Assembly: GCF_009914755.1 (NCBI RefSeq)
Contig: NC_060943.1
Direction: 5' to 3' (one strand)
From: the human T2T-CHM13v2.0 reference genome, Homo sapiens
DNA: 64,000 nucleotides
The translations under genes and the position numbers were made by a program. The notes under the pieces are model-generated. The model saw nothing but the letters and a program-made list of their open reading frames with translations. It was not told where the DNA came from and searched no databases. Positions 35,862 to 47,585 of this stretch are shown here, in pieces (the stretch's first letter is position 1; the number at the start of each line of letters is the position of its first letter).

Positions 35862-36044
35862 CTCCAGGTGCTCCTTCAGCTCCAAGGAGAGGGCGTGGGG
35901 GTCATCGGGGTGGCAGGGGAAGATTTGGTATTCGGCGAGATGGGCCAATGAAATTTGAGAAAGACTTTGACTTTGAAAGTGCAAATGCACAATTCAACAA
36001 GGAAGAGATTGACAGAGAGTTTCATAATAAACTTAAATTAAAAG
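35862..36044 (+). CDS. LSM14A: LSM14A exon 7 (183 nt; RGG1 and DFDF/FDF motif)
   Basis: tatcatag|CT acceptor, AAG|gtaagc donor; encodes [13 protein letters not shown] and [17 protein letters not shown]. Confidence 0.97.
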
Positions 36045-36176
36045 GTAAGCTTTGATTTTTCTTTTCAGAAAATAATCTTATTTGATCTGTGAATTACGGA
36101 TGTTTCTCAGATTAGGTGTTTTTATGTAATTCAGATTAGCTGTCTTGACTTTTCTGATATGTGCTTTTGTTCTTAG

Positions 36177-36348
36177 AAGATAAACTTGAGAAACAGGAGA
36201 AGCCTGTAAATGGTGAAGATAAAGGAGACTCAGGAGTTGATACCCAAAACAGTGAAGGAAATGCCGATGAAGAAGATCCACTTGGACCTAATTGCTATTA
36301 TGACAAAACTAAATCCTTCTTTGATAATATTTCTTGTGATGACAATAG
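36177..36348 (+). CDS. LSM14A: LSM14A exon 8 (172 nt; FFD box, [15 protein letters not shown])
   Basis: ttgttcttag|AA acceptor, TAG|gtacag donor. Confidence 0.97.
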
Positions 36349-37117
36349 GTACAGTTTTTAAGCTGTTCTTTTCTCTTATGATATTGATTGAAGTGTAAAA
36401 TGGTTTCATGTAAATTCACGAGGTTTAATGAATACTACCATAATTGTTTTGTTTTGTTTTGAGACAGTCTTACTCTGTTACTCAGGCTGGAGAGCAGCAG
36501 TGCAGTCACAGCTCACTGTAGTCTCAAGCTCCTGACCTCAAGCAATCCTCCCATCTCAGCCTCAGTAAAGGGGACTACAGTTGTACACCACCCCACCCGG
36601 CTAATTTTTTTCATTTTTTTGTAGAGATGGGGGTCTCGCTATGTTGCCCAGGCTAATCGTGAACTCCTGGCCTCAAGATCAGCCTCCCAAAGTACTAGGA
36701 TTACAGGCGTGAGCCACCACACCTGGCCATAATTGATTTTTTAATGTTTTATTTGCTAAAAGAAAATATATACTAAAGTTCTAAATTATTCATTCAAAAG
36801 AAGAAATAACCATATACTTTTGTTTAAGGATATATTCATATTTGAATATTAGCAATTAAAACAAGCATTTAGGTAATGTCTAAGTAGGACCTTTTTTTCA
36901 CCCCTCTATGTTACAGTTCAAATGAAGCCAGAACCGAAGTGCTAATCTACTTTGAAGTTTGCTGGTACCATAAAACTGCCAGATTGTAGTAAATGTGGGT
37001 CCAGAAAATTGGCAAATTATTGAGAGGTTAATTAAAGGACCCAGTGTGAGGAACTAACAGTTCTAGAGGTTCTCCTGCCCAATCCAAATTGTCCTTGTCC
37101 TTGTCCTGGCTGAAGTT

Positions 37118-37136
37118 TGGTGCCCTCTGGTGGCAG
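37118..37136 (-). promoter_or_regulatory. CTCF core motif (TGCCACCAGAGGGCACCA on - strand), LSM14A intron 8
   Basis: Near-perfect match to the CCASYAGRKGGCRC consensus in unique sequence; occupancy not shown. Confidence 0.7.
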
Positions 37137-37599
37137 TTGTTTGCTTCAATATAAACATGGATGGACATAATTCTGAGTCCCACGATTGGCTGGATGACAG
37201 CAGCAATAATTCAGATACTTCTTGGGTTACTTGGTATCGAGTCCATAGATTGGGCCAGGAACATAATGGGGACCTAAGGGCCCACCTTCCATCTCCTAGC
37301 TTCCCAAGACAAGGCCTCCCTGTCTGACTTTACCTTCTTTTCCCTTGGGGCTGAGTGGAAAGCGAAGTCAATTACCAATCTCATTATATCTGAATTTCCA
37401 TTATTTTGGAGCTGTTACTATGTTTATCAGGTGTATTTGCAAGAAACTAATGTCAGTCATGTGTTCACATGAAGTTTAACAGAATATTACAGGAACATAT
37501 TGAACTCATATGCCATGAACAACTCGTGATAACTTAGATAAGATGCTTTTTTTTTTTTTTTTTTGAGATGGAGTTTCGCTCTTGTCACCCAGACTGTAG

Positions 37600-37827
<228 letters not shown>

Positions 37828-37971
37828 TGAGCCATCACGCCTAGCCAAGATGCTTATTTCTAATTAGCTTTAGTAATTACTTAGGCTTAATTTGGGAGTA
37901 GCACTGCATATTTTGGCTGAGGGATATTCTTTTAAACCTGATATGCTGAAGATTATTTGCTTTTATAATAG

Positions 37972-38203
37972 AGAACGGAGACCAACCTGGGCTGAAGAAA
38001 GAAGATTAAATGCTGAAACATTTGGAATCCCACTTCGTCCAAACCGTGGCCGTGGGGGATACAGAGGCAGAGGAGGTCTTGGTTTCCGTGGTGGCAGAGG
38101 GCGTGGTGGTGGCAGAGGTGGTACCTTCACTGCCCCTCGAGGATTTCGCGGTGGATTCAGAGGAGGTCGTGGGGGCCGGGAGTTTGCGGATTTTGAATAT
38201 AGG
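37972..38203 (+). CDS. LSM14A: LSM14A exon 9 (232 nt; TFG box and C-terminal RGG tract, ends ...EFADFEYR)
   Basis: ttataatag|A acceptor, AGG|gtaagt donor; [11 protein letters not shown] plus multiple RGG repeats; ends in phase 0. Confidence 0.97.
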
Positions 38204-38494
38204 GTAAGTGTTATTGTTAATAAATTCTTTGGGGTTGACATGCATTTTACAAGACTCAAAACATTTTTACTTGTTTTTGTTTTGGGTGAATTGTTCTGAG
38301 GACATTAGAATAACTTCCATTTTGACTTTTCAGTAGAGGATATACGTGATTCAGATGTATATATGAAGACATTATACAAAAAAAGACAGTATAGTATCAC
38401 CTTTATTTCATGTTAACAGAATATACTTTTAACACCTAAAGAGTCTATCTAGGAAGCACATACTCCCAGAATGGAAGGGCAAGCTTTAACATTT

Positions 38495-38740
38495 AATAGC
38501 AGTTAACATTTATATAGTATTTACCAAGTAACAAGACATTGTTTTAAATATTTTTTTACATATTAACTTATTTAAACTGCACATCAACTCTGTGAGGTAG
38601 GTTCTATTATTATCCCCATTTTACAAGTGAGGAAATGGGTATAGAGATATTAAGTAACTTGCGAAAGGTCACATAGCTAGTAAGTGATGGTGCTGGGTGT
38701 TGAGCCCAGCAAGTTGTTTCCTGAGTCAGTACTCTTAATT
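38495..38740 (-). mobile_element. MIR (another at ~11365-11540)
   Basis: attatccccattttacaagtgaggaaa...aagtaacttgcgaaaggtcacatagctagtaagtg core. Confidence 0.85.
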
Positions 38741-39479
38741 TGGTTTTGTTGAAAATTCACTACATTTTCCCTGGTTTTCTCCTTTCACCATGAAATTGAA
38801 AATGTTTCGATATATTGGCCTTCAGGAGCTACTGCTAGAGAATTCTGTAACTCTGTATAGTAGCCTTATGTGTATAATGTAGCTTTTGACAGGTGTCTGT
38901 AAATTAAGTCAGCATAGTAACTATCTCAGTTAACAGTAAACTATCTTAGTTTATTGATTTTAGAAGTAGTGGAGAGGAAGGGCTATAACAGAAAGGACCA
39001 AAATCTTGTAAAGAGTTCCACTTGTAATAGCAACAGGCAGCTGGAAACAGAAAGACCTGTTAGCAGGAGTTCCATTGCCCAGTACTTAAAACTGGCCATT
39101 GTTGAGATCTCTCTGGAAAGAGATCAGTATTAGTGGCTTTTGGACCTGCTCTATTAATTTTAATGCTTTTGATATTGTGCCATCACAGCCAAGACTGCCA
39201 AAAATTATACTCAAGTCACCAGCTTATGCCATCCAGCCGTTGGTGGCCTTATGTAGTTGCGGGACTTCTGACTTGCAAAATCACCTTCCCAGCTAGGAGA
39301 ATCTGTCTTAGGAACTCCAGAATAGCCCTCGCTTATCACTGTTACTGCCCTTAAGTTTGCCAGTGACACCTTGCTTACAGAATTCAGCAGTAGTATTTTC
39401 ACAAATATTTTATTTGCCATTAACTCCTCTGCAATATTTGACACTGACCAACCACCCAATTTGGGGTCTTTCTTCCTAG

Positions 39480-39771
<292 letters not shown>

Positions 39772-40504
39772 TGAACTCCTGGGCTTAAGCGATCCTCTCA
39801 CCTCAGCTTCCCAAAGTGCTGGGTTTATAGGTGTGCCATGGTGCTTGTTCCATCCTCCCTTTTGTAAGCCTGTCCTGGACCCTATGTGTTTCTGCACCGC
39901 ATCTCTATCTGCACTGTTTGCTGTCAGCTTAACCTTCCTCAGACTGATCTCATCATCTTCCTTCTCTCCTGTCATCTCAGCTCTGCCTCCTCCCAGTGTT
40001 CCATGTTGGCTCATGGTATACTGCCCAGGCACTAGAGGTATCCATGATTGTGGCCTGTTGCCATTTATTCCTTTGAGATGTCCCTGTCAACTACCATGGT
40101 AACCCACCAGTTGGGCTTCAGACCTTCGTCTCTCTTTACCCCACTTTAAGGCAGATCAGCTACATTTTGAACAACCTGTGACAACTCCTTGTTGAAGACC
40201 ACATTGAGTCAGCTTGGTCTGAGAAAAAGTACATTTAAATTAGACTTGGATCCAGATGAGAATAATAGCAGTAGTTACTAGTATGACCTTTCAGACCCTT
40301 GGTTTTGACATTTGTGAATAAAGAGTTGCACCATTTATTCTGAAATAACACCTTTTAAAGATCATTAAACTTTCAGAGTTGGAAAACATCTGAGAGGTCT
40401 GACCTGGTTAAAACATAAACCTCTTCTGCAGTATCTCTTATAGGGGCTGGGAGCTTACTCTTCCCAGGGGCATCCATCCCACCCCAGGGATGTTCTAACT
40501 GTTA

Positions 40505-40879
<375 letters not shown>

Positions 40880-42869
40880 TCACACTGTTTATCATTTTGA
40901 GCCTTTTGTAAAACTCGTATCACATATATTGCAGAATTGAAAATGCATTGTCATAGTTACCTCCATGCATCTTTGTCTACGCTCCTGTATCCTTGACAGA
41001 TAGTCCAGCCTCTGCTTAGGTGTTGCCAGGAGTGATGGACTCAGCGAACCCTCAGGCATGGCCCAGTGTTTAGGAGGCTCAGTTGTGACATTGTAGTCCC
41101 TGCTCTTCTTAATTGTGTGAGGATCCCACTTGATATATTTGGCCTCATTCCTCATTACCCTTTAACCTATCTGATTCAAGCAAGCTGCCTCATGGTTATC
41201 TCACATACACATTGTGCTTGATTCCAACTCCATCCCCATTCATTTACCAAATATACAGAATTCTTCAGATATGCCAGGCACTATGTTGAGCATTGGTGCT
41301 GACCGATGTAGGCCCAGCCCTTTTGATGTTTACATTTTGGTGGGAGACAGACATAGCTAAAAGTCAGGTCCCCCCTTTCACTTATCCTTTACAGCCTTAC
41401 CCAAGTTTTGCTCTGTCTTCTCTTCCTTCCTACACTGATTTCCTCCTCTTCTGACCTGTGGCTATCTGCTTTCTTTGGCACACATTTTAAATACACTGAC
41501 ATTCCCTATTTTTTGTATTTAGTTTTGTTCTGCATCACCAGCTAGATGAGAACCTCTTGGCTTTAGTGAATATGTATTCTACTTTTCTTTCCATGACAAC
41601 ACTCAGCTCAACATGGAGCCATAGTGGGCTTGAAGTAATTGCTTGTCATGTTGATTAGGAATTTGCCACTCCAGCCTTCAGTGAGACCAAAGGTCTGTCA
41701 ATGTAGCTAGCCTTTGATTGTTCATCCAGAGTTGAATAATCCTTTCATCTGCCACTAGAGCCCCGAACCCAGCAGCCCTACACCTCCTAAATCATAAAAT
41801 CATTTCACCTGGCACCTTTAAAGGTAGAAAATGGTGAGTGATCACTGTCACATAAAGGAGATTTACCACTGAAGATTAAACTTGTATCTGAAACATGTAA
41901 CACTTCCTCCCAGAGATGGACATGGATGACATTTCTGCAGCCTTCATGAAATGAGTTGGCTTTATTTTTTGTGCTATATTAGCATGAGTCATTGTGGTTT
42001 GGGGGTAAGCATAAATGAGCTTGGTTATTTAATGAAAACATGGGTAAAGATAAAATCATAAAGTTTTAGAATCCTTAAAAGAATCAGCCAAACTAGAATC
42101 TCTACGCTACCACACTCACATTAGATGATAAGGAAACTAAGGACCCCAAGAAGTTAATTGTCATGATTGAGGTACAAGCTAACAAATCCAAAACTCACTC
42201 TCTTGACTTGTGGCCTGATTTTCCTTAAGGGTAATATTGTAAATATAGGCCAGTGCAATGGTGTACACATGTAATACCAGCATTTTGGGAGGCCAGGGCA
42301 GGATTGCTTAAGCCCAGGAATTCAAGGACAGCATGGGCAACATAAGGAGTCCCTATCTCTATAAAAAAGTTTAAAAATTAGCTGGAGTGGTGGCACATGC
42401 CTGTAGTCCCAGCTACTCAGGAGGCTAAGGCAGGAGGATCAGTTGAACCTGGGAGGTCAAGGCTGCAGTGAGCCATGATCGCACCACTGCACTCCAGCCT
42501 GGGTGACAGAGCGAGGCCTGTCTCAAAAAAAAAAAAGAAAAGAAAGAAATATAACCTTATGGTAAGTTTGGTTGTATGGTGTTTTCCCCCTCCCACCGCC
42601 CATTCTTTTTTGAGGTGAGAATGGAAATCAGGACTAGCAATAATAATGTAACCAGCTCCTGTTTTATATGCTGCTGTCAGGGAGGTTAAGCCACCATGGT
42701 GGGTGATAAAAATCACATCTGTGTTTCCTCAGATGGGGTTCAAAGACAACAAGGTGTCTGAATGACTCAGCATAATGCTCTCTCTCCTCTCCCCCTTTCA
42801 TTTTCTCCTTTCTCCCTCTCCTGTCCCCCTCTTTCTCTTTTTTTTTTTTTTTTTTTTTTTACCTTTCAG

Positions 42870-42893
42870 AAAACCACAGCTTTTGGACCCTAA
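42870..42893 (+). CDS. LSM14A: LSM14A alternative penultimate exon (exon 42870-42926, 57 nt), coding KTTAFGP*
   Basis: Long pyrimidine tract, acctttcag|AAA; stop TAA 42891-42893; donor AAG|gtaaaa at 42926/42927; matches the recalled KTTAFGP C-terminus. Confidence 0.93.
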   Translation, partial: KTTAFGP

Positions 42894-43826
42894 AAGGTCT
42901 GGATTGATCGTACTGCTTTCTGAAAGGTAAAAAAAACAAATACTTTGGGAGGTGTGAAGGTTGGCTTTGTGGGGGACAGCAGGTTCATCTTGTAGCTCAT
43001 TGCTGTCAACTTATGCCATACCATATGTATTTCAGTTTAATAACGGGGTGCAAATGTTTTGGTGTTGTATACACAGATGAAGTTAAGTCTCACCTAGGAA
43101 ATGTCTGTTTCTAACAGTTGGGGTGAGAATCAGCAGTAAAAACCAGGTATATGGTAGCAGCTGGTCTAGAGGAAAATAAAAGCCCTTGGCTCCAGCCCTT
43201 TGTACAGGCCTTTAGTTTAGGGTCAGTCTCGCTGGAAATCTTGAGATTTTTATTGCTTCCTCACTGGTTACTTTTTAAAAATTCCCCAGTCAGCTTTCTA
43301 CTTTTCAGAGCTTATTTCAGATTTAAGAGTTATCCTTGTAAAATTGATTTTTAAACCATTGCTTCCTCCTGGCATGAAATTTTGGAGAGAAATGTTATAC
43401 TGACTGGGTATTTTATTGCTTAGTAAAGACATCAAAGACTTGGGGATTTTATGAAACTTGTTTCAAAGTGTGTTGACAGTTGTATTTGATGAGTTTGACT
43501 ATTGAGTTGAGGGTTTAAGTCCTATCACTGCTTTTAAAAAATTATTAGGGAGAACAACCAAAGATGAGGAAGTATGCCTGTATTTTGGGGTGGGGTTCAC
43601 CACTGCATTAACCTCTACTGACTGGAAGATGCAGTCAACAATGAGGTACTACTGAGTATGGAAGTTATAGAAGGAGTTTCGTGGAAATGAGTGAGACAGG
43701 TTTTTCTATGAAAGTAAAAGTGGGGGAGTATATTTAAAGATAATTTAAAATAAACTTGAGCAAAGTAAAAAGAAAATAATACACCAATAATTTGGAACAT
43801 GAGCTAAATTTTTTTTTCTTTTTTAG

Positions 43827-43850
43827 AAAGACAACAAAGTTGCTGCATAG
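43827..43850 (+). CDS. LSM14A: LSM14A terminal exon coding part, KDNKVAA* (used when the 57-nt exon is skipped)
   Basis: tttcttttttag|AAA GAC AAC AAA GTT GCT GCA TAG; matches the recalled vertebrate RAP55A C-terminus. Confidence 0.95.
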   Translation, partial: KDNKVAA

Positions 43851-44251
43851 TCTACAAACAAGTCTCTGAAAATAGGTGAATTTCTAGCTCTTCATGGTCC
43901 TGAACATTGATTTCAGTCTTTGCAAAGAATGAAGAAGTGAATTCGCTGTACATTTGTCACCAGCACTGGGTTTTTGTTTTTTGTTTGTTTTTCCGCTTAA
44001 TTTCAAAGATAAAATGCAGTTACTTTTGGGGGTGGAAGGCTCATCTTAAAACATGAGCATTAAATATATTTGGAATAGCAGAAGGTTAAGTAATTTCTTA
44101 TGTATAGTTAAACTAAAGCAGTACTTCAGTGGGACTTAACAAGTATTTTTTCATCACTGAAAGGTTTTTTTTTTTTATCACTAAATTGTATTTGGCAATT
44201 GCAAGTTGCCTGCAGATAGGGCCGTGATACTGTGTTTTGAGCCACAGAAGG

Positions 44252-44252
<1 letters not shown>

Positions 44253-44298
<46 letters not shown>

Positions 44299-44300
44299 TG
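44253..44300 (+). repeat. (TG)19 TA (TG)4 microsatellite in 3'UTR
   Basis: Seen directly. Confidence 0.98.
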
Positions 44301-44534
44301 TCTTTTTCCTCCTTTCTTTTGGGGAATCCTGTAATATGAGGTAGCTTATTTCGTCAATTAATTAGGGTGCTGGATGGTAGAGAATTTTGTCAGTCAACTA
44401 TGTACACACAGTAAATACTGTTTCTTAGGCAAAGGTAACTTTTTTATATAGTTGTAAAATTCCATTATATTCCATTGCCAAAGAAACATTAAGAACTTTG
44501 TATAGCTGTATAAAAAGCAACTAATTTTTTAAAG

Positions 44535-44540
44535 AATAAA
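44535..44540 (+). terminator. Proximal polyadenylation signal AATAAA (another at 45154-45159)
   Basis: Hexamer with upstream TGTA motifs and downstream GU-rich sequence. Confidence 0.6.
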
Positions 44541-45696
44541 CATTTTAAAGTCAGCAAACATACTGTGTCCTTGCAGAAGTTGATGTGCTGAGCAGCAGCC
44601 TTATGGGTGGGTCTCTTTTTCTTAGTTTTCCAGGCTTAACATTTTTGATTTTGTTTTTTAATGTTTGGAACATAAATGAAGATTTGATACATTATTTCAT
44701 TATCTAAAAAGGATTAATTATTCATGCTCATTGTAAGAACTTCATTTTGTAGCAAATGGCATATCACAGGATCTGTCCAGATAATCGATATTTTCAGTAT
44801 ACAAATGTAAATAATCACAGATGAGAATGTACTTAGCTGTATTTTCAAATAAGTAATCTTCCCCCCTTTTGTAGGACTTTAAAACTAGGCATCAATGAAC
44901 CTGTTTTTCCTATTATGCCTGGAATTTAGTCATGATACCTTGACTCATTCCATCATATTTCAAGAGGATTCAGAGTGCTAGAAATTATTTTGGTAGCCTG
45001 TAACACACGGCAACACTGGTCCTTGGGCCTATGACCCACAGATGACTCAGTATAGAGTTCATTGCTAATTATAAATTACTAGTGAATCTTTTTGATATTT
45101 TAAGCTCTAGTGGGAAAAATCTGGCCACTTTTGTGTTTTTATGAAGGCCATGGAATAAAAGGATCCAAAGATTTAAATATTTTTATCTAATATTTTGATT
45201 GTTTTCTTAACTTTCTCCTTAAAACATTCAGTAGTGATAAAGATATAGAAACTGCACTGTAGGAGAATTGGAATATTTAAGGCTGGTTGACATTTTTTAT
45301 TTTCATTTTATATCTTTTGTATAGCTCTACAAGGCAGTGTTTTGTAATTTGGTTTCATTATGAAGATCCAGTACTTGGCAGCCATAGTTTAGACAATATT
45401 GTTCAGTGCTGTTTGCTTGCATGTTAACAACAAAACCTTTTAGAGGACCCACAAATCATGATATTGAACACAGTTCCGAGGCATTCAGAGCATCAGAGCA
45501 AGTACCATGGCAATACATGTGTAGACTGTTGGAGATGTCCCGGGCCAATTTCAAGAAAGAAAACTGTAAATACTAGTTCTACTTGCTCTGAAATTATGAG
45601 TTTATGCGTTTTCCCAGCCCTCCGAATCACTGACTGGGGCGTTTTGTGCCCCAGCAATAACTGGCAGCATGGCATACCTGCAGTACCCCTTACAAT

Positions 45697-45744
45697 ATTA
45701 AAGCAAAGTTTTTATTCTAAAACAGAATAAAACTGTTCAATAAA
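45697..45744 (+). terminator. Distal polyadenylation signals (ATTAAA 45697, AATAAA 45726, AATAAA 45739)
   Basis: Tandem hexamers followed by a U-rich tract (ttctttctcttt). Confidence 0.85.
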
Positions 45745-46195
45745 AAATGCTCGTCAAAGTTCTTTCTCTTTAAATAGTAACATTCTGTTTCAGTAGGAAC
45801 ATAATGAAAGGCATCTTTTAAATGGAAGAGCGGAATTATAATGTTTGTATTCCCTGTAATAACTATAAATCAGTTACTTTATTTCTAAGATTGAGTTATT
45901 GTTGCAGATGTTTAGGGAAAGCTAAAAGCCCCTTCCTTCCCCTCCTGTGTGTAAATAAAATACTTCTGAGATCAGATCCGTGACATGAGGAGATTAAGCC
46001 ACCCAGGCACAGGCCAGGCTGGAAACAGCAGCCAGAACACACTCCCTGTGGGCAGACGCATGAAGAAGATGCAGAATCTGTCTATTAAAACAGTTCGCTC
46101 CAAAAGCTGGGCTTCATGTGATGGTAGGGCAAGAGGTCGGGAACAGCAGTGCAGCACAGTGGCTCTCGGTGGGGTTACCTGACATCCTAGGAACA

Positions 46196-46670
46196 CAGTC
46201 ATCTGTTGCTTAATAATAGCGACATGTTCTTATTTTTAAATAGCAATGAGGTCTCACTTCGTTGCCCAGGCTGGTCTCTAACTCCTGGGCTCAAATGATC
46301 CTCCCATCTTGGCCTCCCAAAGTGCTAGATTACAGACATGAGCCACCAGGCCCGGCCATGACACATTCTGAGAAATGTGTTAAGCAATGTCATCATTGTG
46401 TGAACATCAGAGAGTGTACTACACAAATGAAGATGGTATGGCCTACTCCACACCTAAGCTATATGGTGTAGCCTGTTGCTCCTCGCTACAAACCTGTACA
46501 GCATGTTACTGTACTGAATACTGTAGGCAGTCATAACACAGTGGTATTTCTGTATTTAAAACATATCTAAACAGAAAAAGTATAGTAAAAATACGGTATC
46601 ATAATCTTTGGGACCACCATTGTATACCCAGTCCATCGTTGACCAAAACATCATTAAGTGGTGCGTGAGT
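46196..46670 (-). mobile_element. Tigger3a-like MITE, interrupted by an Alu monomer (46230-46356) and itself within MER20-like sequence
   Basis: cagtcat terminal repeat; ctacaaacctgtacagcatgttactgtactgaatactgtaggca; gggaccacc...tccatcgttgaccaaaacatcatta. Confidence 0.8.
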
Positions 46671-47113
46671 ACTGAGGAATGTGAGGGGATGTGTTTTGGT
46701 TGTCACAATCACTGGGGATCACCACTGGTATTTAAAAGTAAGGGCCCGGATGGTAAATGTCCTGTGCTGTGCCACACAATCAGTTGTCCAACCCAAAGTG
46801 CAGTAGTGCTCCTCTACTCTGAGAAACACTGGCTAAAGTCCCTCCACATGGAAAGACAGTAAGTGGGAAATTATTTCCTGCCAACTTGAAAAAAAAAATT
46901 TACTACTTAGGAAATTGTCCGCTTGGGAATATTAATAATAAAGGGAACTTACTTCCTGTAGCACATCAGCATTGTGGAAACATTACCACATAGGAGTTAG
47001 GGCTTCATCCTGTTCTCTGTCAGTGCTTCACAAATCTCTGATCAGAATCTACCAAGGAGCATTTTTAAGTACAGATTCCCAGGCCCAGAGAGTGATTCTG
47101 AAGTTCCCTAGTA

Positions 47114-47585
47114 CAGCAGAACCCAACCTTTTTGGCACCAGGGACTGGTTTCACCAAAGACAGTTTTTCCACAGATGAGCAGGGGGTATGGTTTTGGGGT
47201 GATTCAAGTATATTTATTGTGCACTTTATTTCTATTATTACATTGTAATATATAATGAAATAATTACACAATTCACCATCATGTAGAATCAATGGGAGGC
47301 CTGAGCTTGTTTTCCTGCAACTAGATGGTCCCATCTGGGGGTGATGGGAGACAGTGACAGATCATCGGGCATGATCAGTGAGTGCGCAACCGAGGTCCCT
47401 TGCATGCAGAGCTCACGATAGGGTTTCCAACCCTATGAGAATCTAATGCTGCTGCTGATGTGACAGGAGGTGGAGCTCGGATGGTAATGCTCACTCATCA
47501 GCCCGCCTCTCACCCGCTGTGCAGGCTGGTTCCTAACAGACCACGGACCACGACCGTTCTGCTGCCCAGGGATCAGGGACCCCTT
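47114..47585 (+). mobile_element. MER1A (hAT-Charlie MITE) inside a MER5A-like element
   Basis: cccaacctttttggcaccagggactgg start, gggacccct end; 8-bp TSD ccctagta/ctctagta. Confidence 0.85.

Larger units (their letters stand above)
43851..45760 (+). other. LSM14A: LSM14A 3'UTR (long form)
   Basis: AU-rich stretch free of interspersed repeats after the stop, ending at clustered poly(A) signals; exact cleavage site inferred. Confidence 0.85.

Noticed and set aside
37963-38259. Antisense Pro/Arg-rich and Thr/Ser-rich ORFs
   Set aside because: Mirror frames of the G-rich RGG exon 9
39094-39138. Imperfect hairpin around gatctct...agagatc
   Set aside because: Too short and bulged for a pre-miRNA; no H/ACA or C/D boxes
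42690-42761. Perfect Kozak gccaccATGg opening a 21-codon ORF
   Set aside because: Intronic, out of frame with the KDNKV module, no promoter evidence
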